Origin: Acutalibacteraceae bacterium
GTDB taxonomy: Bacteria; Bacillota; Clostridia; Oscillospirales; Acutalibacteraceae
Length of the DNA stretch: 64,000 nucleotides
Direction of reading: 5' to 3'
Assembly: GCA_036307745.1 (NCBI GenBank)
Contig: JAXJXA010000111.1
Location: 43,499 to 107,498 of the forward strand
The translations under genes were made by a program, and so were the position numbers. This document shows, piece by piece, positions 49,812 through 58,700 of the stretch (its first letter is position 1; the number at the start of each line of letters is the position of its first letter). Under the pieces are notes generated by a model. It was not told where the DNA came from. It saw nothing but the letters and a program-made list of their open reading frames with translations, and made no database searches.

Positions 49812-50552
49812 ATGAGAAAGAATATTTTGAACAAGAAGGTTGCTTCTGCTGCAATCGCTGGTGCTGTTGTTCTGACCATGGTTGGTTCAATGGCTTACTT
49901 CACAGACCGTGCAACAACTGATGCTAAGGGTACCGCTGGTACCGTTGCCATCGAGTTGGCTTCTGACATCAATTTCAAAGATGCCAACGATATGGACATT
50001 CTGAACCCTGGTGACAAGAGAGATGCTTCTTTCTCCGTTACTAATAAGGGCAACAAGTCCGTTGACGTTCGTACAACTGTCGCTCTGACAGCTAAGGACC
50101 ACGAAGGCCAACCTATTGCTTTCACTGGTGATGCTAATACTCAGTCTGAGTATGACCTGTACTTGGCTTCCGATGTGGAACTTGTAGAAGGCGAAGGCTA
50201 CAAGCCCAAGGCTAGTGCTAAGCCCATCGCAGTGAAGAGCATTGATAACAACGTTATCAAGTATGTTATCGCTGACTACAGCTTGAATGGTAACTCCACT
50301 CTGGATGAGCAGGAAACTATTGTTGGCGTTGACACCGACGCTCATGACTATGACTTTGTTCTGGTCTTCAAGGGTGAGACTGGCAATGCATGGCAGGCTT
50401 CAACCATCCAGATGGATGTCATTGTTGAAGCTAAGCAGCACGAGAACACAGGTGCAGGTTGGGACATCGTCGCTCAGGAATCTGTAACTCAGGGCTCCTT
50501 AACTCAGGACGCTGTTATGGCTGAGACTGTTCTGACTCCTGTCGCTCCCTAA
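49812..50552 (+). CDS. SipW-signal TasA-like subunit, core only (probable major subunit)
   Basis: SMAYFTD..GTAGTV core; visibly C-ending codon bias; triple promoter; own terminator. Confidence 0.88.
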   Translation: MRKNILNKKVASAAIAGAVVLTMVGSMAYFTDRATTDAKGTAGTVAIELASDINFKDANDMDILNPGDKRDASFSVTNKGNKSVDVRTTVALTAKDHEGQPIAFTGDANTQSEYDLYLASDVELVEGEGYKPKASAKPIAVKSIDNNVIKYVIADYSLNGNSTLDEQETIVGVDTDAHDYDFVLVFKGETGNAWQASTIQMDVIVEAKQHENTGAGWDIVAQESVTQGSLTQDAVMAETVLTPVAP

Positions 50553-50784
50553 TCATTAATTGATTGGCTAAATTAACGTTAAAATAAGGCCTACTGCATA
50601 CGCGGTAGGCTTTGTTTTTTGTTCAAAATATTTTTTTGCAGATTTTTCATTAAATCTTATATATTAAAAGAAAAACTGTAAAAACTGTGATGTTACAGTT
50701 AACCAATCTTTCCTTTCAAAAAAAAATATTTTTCTAAAATATCTCCAATTTTTCCCAAAATATAAGAAATTAGTAATATAGGCG

Positions 50785-51618
50785 GTGAGAACATTGAGAA
50801 AGTTCATACGAGTTATTTTAGTTATTATTATGTTGATAGCTGGTTCATATACATTGCTGGTATATACACAAGAAGAACAAGATAATTTAGCCTATGAAGG
50901 TGTAGATAGATATATTGAAGATGTTGGACCTGATTATACTCCAAGTGATGAGGTTATTGACTTTGGGACCGAAGAGTCTGGCATAGATAAAATAAAGAAA
51001 TATCAAATAGAATATGATTGGGATGGTTTATTACAACTCAATAAAGATATTGTTGGTTGGTTGTATGTGCCCGATAATGAGATAATCAATTTTCCTGTTG
51101 TCCAAGACGATAATAACAATTTTTATCTTAAACATGATTATACAGGCAAATACAGTGGATATGGAGCTGCCTTTGTTGATTATAGATTTAATAAATATAG
51201 TCTAAATAAAATAATCTATGGCCATAATATGAGCTTAACTCCTACAAAGCCTATTTTTACTACTATTATATCTTGGTTAGATGAAGATTACTTTAATTCT
51301 CACAGAACATTATATTATACAGAAGCTAATGGACTCACCAAAGAATATCTTATTGTTGGTGTTGTTAATTGTAATGTATATGCAAAAGATGAATATTCTT
51401 ATTTGGACACATTCTTTGAAAGTGAAGAGAAATTAAAAGAATGGGTGGAGTATATGAAAGAACATAGTGTTTATTTTGATTTAGGTGATAATGAGGTTGA
51501 ATATAGAGCCGATGAAGTTATTACCCTTTCAACATGTAATAGAAAAATTGGTTATGGCAGCGGCGGTAGAACAGTATTGTTTTGCGTTAATTTGACTAAT
51601 AACACATTGAATAAATAA
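50785..51618 (+). CDS. srtB: Class B sortase
   Basis: N-terminal TM, INFPVVQ..NNFYLKHD, IIYGHNM, TLSTC, GR catalytic motifs. Confidence 0.93.
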   Translation: MRTLRKFIRVILVIIMLIAGSYTLLVYTQEEQDNLAYEGVDRYIEDVGPDYTPSDEVIDFGTEESGIDKIKKYQIEYDWDGLLQLNKDIVGWLYVPDNEIINFPVVQDDNNNFYLKHDYTGKYSGYGAAFVDYRFNKYSLNKIIYGHNMSLTPTKPIFTTIISWLDEDYFNSHRTLYYTEANGLTKEYLIVGVVNCNVYAKDEYSYLDTFFESEEKLKEWVEYMKEHSVYFDLGDNEVEYRADEVITLSTCNRKIGYGSGGRTVLFCVNLTNNTLNK

Positions 51619-51621
51619 GAG

Positions 51622-52164
51622 GTGAAACAAATGCTAACAGAAAAAGCTGAAAAATTGATAAGAACAGGTCTGCTGTGTTTCTTGTTTATTCTGTTGATAT
51701 TAGTATTTTTCATGCTGAATCAACACTCTCAATACAGTAATACAGAGAAAATGATAGAACAGGGTGAGATGCCTGGTTATGTATTGCCAGTTGATGAGAG
51801 AGGACAGAGCGTTTCAAATGGGCAATCAGAGACAGTGATTGAAGAAACTCAGCCTAAACAGATTGTAAAAAGCGAATATTATACTATGACTTATAGTGCT
51901 ATGTTAAAAGCTTGTGAGAAGAAAAAAGATGAAAAGATTAGATTAACGGCAACTGTATACTCTGCTTTGCAAACGTCTTCATCAATTATCTATGATGTGG
52001 CAGATGACATGGGCAATTACTACTCAATAGTTGGAAAAGTTGATGATATTAAGTTCAAAACCAGTGACAAAATTGTTATTTATGGAACCCCAAGAGGAAC
52101 TACAAACCTCAATTCGGCAGCTATTCCTCAATTAAGTGCTGATTTGATAGAAATTTTTGAGTGA
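51622..52164 (+). CDS. Membrane-anchored protein with a probable C-terminal OB-fold
   Basis: One TM; D.IVIYG..G......IP.L.A..I pattern. Confidence 0.6.
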   Translation: MKQMLTEKAEKLIRTGLLCFLFILLILVFFMLNQHSQYSNTEKMIEQGEMPGYVLPVDERGQSVSNGQSETVIEETQPKQIVKSEYYTMTYSAMLKACEKKKDEKIRLTATVYSALQTSSSIIYDVADDMGNYYSIVGKVDDIKFKTSDKIVIYGTPRGTTNLNSAAIPQLSADLIEIFE

Positions 52165-52231
52165 TAGTCTTTGACCTGGATGAAAAATATAAGAAATTAA
52201 GATTAGATATTAAAAAAGGAGATGACAATCT

Positions 52232-52720
52232 ATGACACTAAAAGATTTGATGATTGCCAGCAGTGGCACAGACGAACACAAAATGCCTAAGTGTTCAGTT
52301 GTTATAATGAATGAATTCTGGGATGTAGATGGAAATAAAGAAGAGATTGATGAAATTGTTGTAGAGACCCCTATTGCTCAGTTCTTTGCTGGCGATGGTT
52401 TTATTACACTGGATTTGGATTTCGGCAGCAGACTGAATGTTGACTTGGATATGGTCAATGATGCATTGATGTCTTTCCGTACAGCAGCAAACAGTATTGA
52501 TGACGATAAAATGCCTGTTACTACTGTTGTTATTGTTCCATCCGATTATGAAGGACAATACTTTATTGCATGTATAAATCCTGTTATCCATTGCTTAACT
52601 GCTAATAAGCCTAATGCTGATTTATCTATTATTAGAATGGTGTTTACAGAAGAAAGCTGCTCTATGTATGAAAATGAGGACTATGTGCCTGAGTCGGATG
52701 AGGAAGTCGAGGAAGACTAA
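52232..52720 (+). CDS. Hypothetical acidic protein
   Basis: RBS AAGGAG, class-1 motif upstream, terminator downstream. Confidence 0.75.
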   Translation: MTLKDLMIASSGTDEHKMPKCSVVIMNEFWDVDGNKEEIDEIVVETPIAQFFAGDGFITLDLDFGSRLNVDLDMVNDALMSFRTAANSIDDDKMPVTTVVIVPSDYEGQYFIACINPVIHCLTANKPNADLSIIRMVFTEESCSMYENEDYVPESDEEVEED

Positions 52721-52892
52721 AAAATATAATTGTAAAACGTAAAAACAAAATACCTAATCCTTGCGTTAGAAAACGCATGGATTGGGTATTTTTAGTTTTC
52801 TTCTTTCTAAATAATAAATTAGTAATGTAAGCAGAAAAGTATTATTTTGTGCTATTTCTGCCTAACACCATAAAAATAAGGAGACATTCGTT

Positions 52893-53870
52893 ATGAAAAA
52901 TCTTAAAAAAATAGTTTTACTAACATTATCTATTCTAATGCTTGTAAGTGTCAGTGTACCTATTGTATATGCGACTGACAATATTGTATGGGCTGATTCT
53001 AGTTCATCTGATGCGACAGATGTTACCTGGAAAGAAACGAATGACACTGTTTATGCTACAACAGGCGTCAATGTAAGAAAAGGCCCATCTACTGATTTTT
53101 TGATTGTTGGCGGGTTGGCTAAGGGAACAAGTACTACGCGAATTGCAAAAGGTAGTAATGGTTGGAGCAAAGTCAAGTATGGCAACGGAACATACTATGT
53201 ATGCTCTAAGTATTTAACTACATCTTCCGATATACTTGAAATTGGTGATGTAAACAGAACAGCTTATACAACTACTACTGTTAATGTAAGAAAAGGTCCA
53301 TCCCTCGATTACATTGTTGCATACACTGTACCCAAAGGGACAGAAGTCATTGAAATTACCAGATATGAAAGTGGTTGGAGTAAGGTTTGTTATAATGGTG
53401 GAACATACTACATATTCAACAAATATTTGGAACCTTCTCCAAAAGAAGTTACTTGGACAGATGTAGACGAATATGTTTACGCAACTACAAACGTTAATAT
53501 GCGTCAAGGCTATTCTACTGAAACAAAAATTCTTGGATATGTCAAAACTGGTGCCCAAGTTAAGCGTATTGCAATTGGTGATAATGGATGGAGTAAATGT
53601 GTTGTTGATGACCAGACAGTGTATATCTGCAGTAAATACTTGACAACAACAGACCCTATGCAAGATATTACTATGACCCCTGTAAATGATATTGTATATG
53701 CTAATACCAATGTCAACATTCGCTCTGGCCCGTCTCTTGACTATGAAGTTATAGGCGTTTTAGTAAGAGGTAAGAGTGTAAAACGCACGGCTATTTGTGA
53801 TAACGGTTGGTGCGAAGTAAATATTAATGGACAGAAGGCCTATATTTACGGATTTTACCTGACTAATTAA
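52893..53870 (+). CDS. Secreted protein with four bacterial SH3 domains and no catalytic domain
   Basis: Signal peptide; 4x VYA...VNVR.GPS..GWS.V....Y....YL. Confidence 0.9.
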   Translation: MKNLKKIVLLTLSILMLVSVSVPIVYATDNIVWADSSSSDATDVTWKETNDTVYATTGVNVRKGPSTDFLIVGGLAKGTSTTRIAKGSNGWSKVKYGNGTYYVCSKYLTTSSDILEIGDVNRTAYTTTTVNVRKGPSLDYIVAYTVPKGTEVIEITRYESGWSKVCYNGGTYYIFNKYLEPSPKEVTWTDVDEYVYATTNVNMRQGYSTETKILGYVKTGAQVKRIAIGDNGWSKCVVDDQTVYICSKYLTTTDPMQDITMTPVNDIVYANTNVNIRSGPSLDYEVIGVLVRGKSVKRTAICDNGWCEVNINGQKAYIYGFYLTN

Positions 53871-54319
53871 TCTGATACAAATCCGCTTAATTACAAACAG
53901 TTAGTAAATTAACAAAAAGAAATAACCGTTTTGAGTGAACTAATCATTCATTACGGTTATTCTTATCTGCCTTAATAATATCAAAGTCTCTTATAAGGTT
54001 TTTCTTTACCCTTGTCGTCCCCTTCATATCGGGGTATAGTCATTTCATTATACGCTTCTCTTTTCTTATCTGATGTCCTCGTAAATGAAACTCATTTGTA
54101 TAAAAAATAGCCAATTCCAAACACTAATCATAAACGTTCTGTGTTATTTCCCTCATTCTTAAAGGTTGATGTTTTGAAACCAAAAATATTTTTCTTGAAA
54201 AAGTTTTTTTTTATCTTTTTTTTCTTATTCCGTCTATATTACTTGCGAATAGAAAAGAAACATCAATAGATGATATTTTTCACTATTCCAGATTCACAAC
54301 TCATTTTCATACATATTAT

Positions 54320-54528
54320 TAAAAAAAATAATAAAGAATACCCCTATTTCAATGAACTCGATTTATAAGTAGTGGGACGAATTTAGAAATTAAAAGTATT
54401 CCCAAATGTACGCAAATGGGATATAGGCGTTATGGACACACCTGTTGTTGTAAGAGTGGCCTAAAACCATTAAACCAACAACGAAGCTCCTACTTCAAAC
54501 ACTATATGTTAAGTAGTGAGTAGTTCAC
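54320..54528 (+). mobile_element. Miniature non-autonomous IS200/IS605 derivative (PATE-like)
   Basis: Left hairpin CCCCTATTT..AAGTAGTGGG; right end GAAGCTCCTACTTCA..TTAAGTAGTGAGTAGTTCAC matches element 2 apart from the loop; no ORF. Confidence 0.75.
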
Positions 54529-54760
54529 ATTACATACGAATAAAAAGAAACACAAAATTCTGTCAAAATTGCGGCTATCTTAGCAAATTTTGTAGAAAGA
54601 TTTTTTGAGTTTTTTATCTTCTGATTATTCGGAATGACCAATAAAAATAAAAAAATGATAAGTAGGAGACTATTCATACGTGATTTGCATAGGTTTATAT
54701 CAAAAATCAACTAAAAACACAACAATATCATTTAATATTGCTAAACAGGGGGCAGAATTT

Positions 54761-55687
54761 ATGAATAACAACGAAGAAAGATTGTGGGAAGATGAATTAG
54801 AGGAAACAAAGGATACTAAGGTCCAACAAAATAACCAAAAACAGGAATTGCTTGTTAATGAATATTTGAAAACTTTAAAGGGGCCTGAATATAATATTTT
54901 ATCAAAAAGCGAAGAACTGGAACTTTTTGAAAAGTATCGTGCAGGTGATATGAATGCAAAGGACCAAATTATAATACATAACCTTAGATTTGTTCCATAC
55001 TTGATTAAAAAATATAACATTTATTCGTCAGATGTAATGGATTTAATCCAAGCAGGAAATATGGGACTGGTAGAGGCTATTGAAAGATTTATGCCTGAAA
55101 AGGGAATGAGATTCGCCAGTTACGCAATGTTTGTCATCAGAAAATATCTTTTTAATGAAATCTCTTCTGAGAAGAATAGAGTATATATACCATTCGGAAT
55201 GAACTATAAGATTCATAAATATAACAGAATGATACATCGTGCTGAGAAAATGGGTACTGAAGTATCAGATAAAGAATTGATGAAATGCTTAGAGTTAACT
55301 GATTCAACATTACAACTATTAAAAGATACGGTTGCTTACCAATATACCAGCTTAGATTCTACTATGAACGTTGGAGGCAGAACAGGTTTGCCTTCAGAAA
55401 AGATTCGTTTGATAGATACTGTTGCTGATGAGTCAGATGATTTAGATACCAGTTTGATTTTACAGAATACTCATAAAGTATTAGCAAATGCGTTGAAAAT
55501 ACTTTCAGCAAGAGAATATGATGTCATTGTGCATATGTATGGGTTTGAAGCGGAAAAAGAACCTGTTATAGATATTGCTAAACGATATAATATTACTCCT
55601 GAAAGAGTATATCAGATTAAAAAGCAAGCTTGTAAGAAAATTAAAAAGAATTTCGATAAAAATGGAGTCAGTGAGCTGGATTTCTAA
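54761..55687 (+). CDS. Sigma-70 family RNA polymerase sigma factor (RpoD-like regions 1.2, 2, 3, 4; divergent)
   Basis: EYLK..ILSKSEE, NLRFV, DLIQAGNMGL.EA.ERF.PEKG.RFASYA, LSARE..V, IAKRYNITPERVYQI. Confidence 0.92.
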   Translation: MNNNEERLWEDELEETKDTKVQQNNQKQELLVNEYLKTLKGPEYNILSKSEELELFEKYRAGDMNAKDQIIIHNLRFVPYLIKKYNIYSSDVMDLIQAGNMGLVEAIERFMPEKGMRFASYAMFVIRKYLFNEISSEKNRVYIPFGMNYKIHKYNRMIHRAEKMGTEVSDKELMKCLELTDSTLQLLKDTVAYQYTSLDSTMNVGGRTGLPSEKIRLIDTVADESDDLDTSLILQNTHKVLANALKILSAREYDVIVHMYGFEAEKEPVIDIAKRYNITPERVYQIKKQACKKIKKNFDKNGVSELDF

Positions 55688-55792
55688 TGATAGGCAATTG
55701 AATTTAAAGTGGCAAATGATTTTGCCACTTTTTTCTCTTATTAAATCCAATAAAATATAGGAAATTCTAATTAGATAGTAAAGCAGCAAAAA

Positions 55793-58700
55793 ATGGGAGA
55801 TGAGAATATGTCTAAAAATTTTAATGAATTGATTGAAGCGTATAAAGATTTGTTAGCAGATGCCTATGATAGGGGTATTACGCTGTCTGACATTGAAATA
55901 ATGGAAGAGTTGGGTGTTGATGTAGAAACACTCGACGAATTGAAGCTGCAATTAGAAAATGAATCTGCTGAAGATAGAGAGGCAAAAAGAGAACAAATCA
56001 GAGAAGATTTGGATGATGAAATGGAACTCTCTATTGATGAACGTACATATGATGACGAAACAGGTGAAGAAGAACCCTATGTTCCTGAAGAAGAGGAATC
56101 AGAGGGTTATTATGAAGATATGAACGAAAATCAGTTGGCTGAAATTGAAGAGGCCGCTGAAGAAGAAGCTAAAAGAGAGAAAGAAGCTGCTGATAAGGCT
56201 GAAAAAGCAAAGAAAGATAAAAAGAAAAGAGAAGAAGCAGCTAAGAAAAAGCATGAGGAACAACTGCGTGCTAAAACAGACCAGGAAAATAAAGAATATT
56301 ATGATAAGTTAGCAAGTAGTAAGAGTCAGACTGAACCTGAAACTATTGCTGAACAAAATGATAGTCCTGCTGTTGTGCCTGTTGAGGAAAACTATACCAA
56401 AGCAGAAGATAGATTTAAGAAGGATGAAGAATATTCTGAACCTCAAAAATCTACTCCTTCTGACAGTGAACACTTTAATGTCAATGAGCCTCCTTATGGT
56501 TTCTCTGATAAGGATAGTCTTGTTAATTCTACTAAACAATATCATAATGGACAGACTGATAAGAAAGAATATGTAGACCCCGTAACAGAACCTGTTCCTG
56601 ATAGCTATTCTAAGCCTGTCAGTGAGCCTGTACAAGATGTACATTATAAGCCTGTTGTAGAGCCTGTAAGCAATGAATATGAAAAATCTAATACGCCTGT
56701 GCATGAGTCAGAAAAAGCTGCTGAGCACATCACAGTGCCCGTAGAAACTGTTGTAGAACCTGTATCTGTTCCTTCTCAACAGACTACTCCTTCTTATGAC
56801 CACAACACAGTATTAGAAGAAACAGATAATAGTGATTATAGTCGTGCCCATACAATAGAAAAGAATGAGGCTGTTTCTTCACAAGAGAATAATAAAAAAC
56901 AGACTCAACCAGAAATAAAGGAAGAAAAACCTGCTGTTGCAGAGAATGTAACAAGTGGTGCTCATTCTTTTAAAACAGATAATGGTAATACTGAGTCTGT
57001 AACCAAAGAGCCTGTTAATGTTCAATCTGTTGGTAGTGAGCCATCGCATAATCAGCAAACAGCTGGTGAAGCTTTTGTCCCCACGGAAGATAAATACTAT
57101 ACTCCTATGGGAGTACCTGTATCTGTGGAAACCCGTGTCCAGTCTGAATATGAAAAACGTGTAGATAATTTCTATCCTGGTGTAGATAATTATCATATTG
57201 ATGAAAATAGTGTTACTGATGAACACAAAGACTTTAATACTGTTTATGAGAATACTCATGCTGTCTATGAACAGACACTTGCAGATAACAATGCTTATCT
57301 TGAATCCTTAGAAACTCAACTTAAAGAAATGAAAGCTTCAAATGCGTCAACGGCTGAAATTCAGGCTATGGAAGATGATATTAAATATTACTCCCATAAA
57401 GCCGCTGAAATTAAAGCAGAAAAGTTGATGATGGAAGAAGCTGTTGCAAGCGGTTCAATATCTGCAGAAGCTGTTTATTATATGCCAGCTGCCCGTGAAA
57501 TGTTAGATAACTTCGACAGAGAGGCTTATGGTATTAATAAACAATTGGATGAAGCACGTAAACAGCTATTAAAGACTCCCGCAGAAGAGAGACAGTCTTT
57601 GAATGATGAAATCAAACATTATGAAAATAAGCTGAATGATATTGGTATAAGAAGACAAGAAGTTTATGACAGTATGTTTACTAATCCTGTTGATGCTGTT
57701 GTAATGTCTCATAATGTTTCTACTGCTATTAAAGCTTATGATAGGGATATTGAAAGTATATCAAAAGATATTGAAACAGCTAAATCTCAATTTTCTGAAT
57801 TAAAAGCACAAGGAGCAAGTCCAGCATTATTATCTTCTTCAAAGGCAAATGTTGACTTATTAATAGGTAAGCTTCGTGATATTAAATCAGAAAGAGAACA
57901 AGTTGTTGATGCTATTAGTACAGGTAAAATTGATAGTGCTTCTGCACCTTATGTACCTGCTGCAAAGTCTTTTATTGATATGTATGATAAAAGAACAGAA
58001 GAGTTGATGGCTAAAATATCAGATGTTAAGATTAAAATAGCTGATTCTAATATTGAAACCCCTGCACAAAAGGTTATATTAGAAAAACAACTTGAATCAT
58101 ATACAACTAAATTACACAACATCAAAACAGATAGAGAGAACCTTTCTTCTTCTTTGTTAGGTGTTGAGGGAGCTGCTTCTGTTAAAACAGCTGTTTACAC
58201 ATCTGCTGCTAAGTTTACATTAGAAGCTTATGCAAAAGAAACTACTCAACTCAATAAGGAAAATGTCACCATTGAGAAGACTATTGCTAAACTAAAAAAG
58301 AATGATGGTAATGAAGCAAAAATAAAAAAGCTTGAAGGTAAATTAGAAACAAATAAACAGAGAATAGAGACTATTAAAACGGATAAGAAGAGAGTTTCTG
58401 ATTTCCTTAAAAATGGTCCTCGTATGCGTCGTGATGATGTCCTTAGTGCTGAATATTCAAGAGGACATAAAGCAGAAGTCCGTGACGCAATGAATAAAGA
58501 TTTACCGACGGCAGAAAATTCTAAGTTTTTTAACTCTAATGCTAATATGAAAAAAGTCCATCAAGCCCGAATGAATAAATTTGCCAGAACATATGGTGGT
58601 AAGTTCATGAGAGGTTTTAAGGGATTTGTTAAGAGAGAGATGAGAGAAGAAGAAGATTTGGATACGGGTTTGGAAATATCCGATAATTCTTATGAAACAG

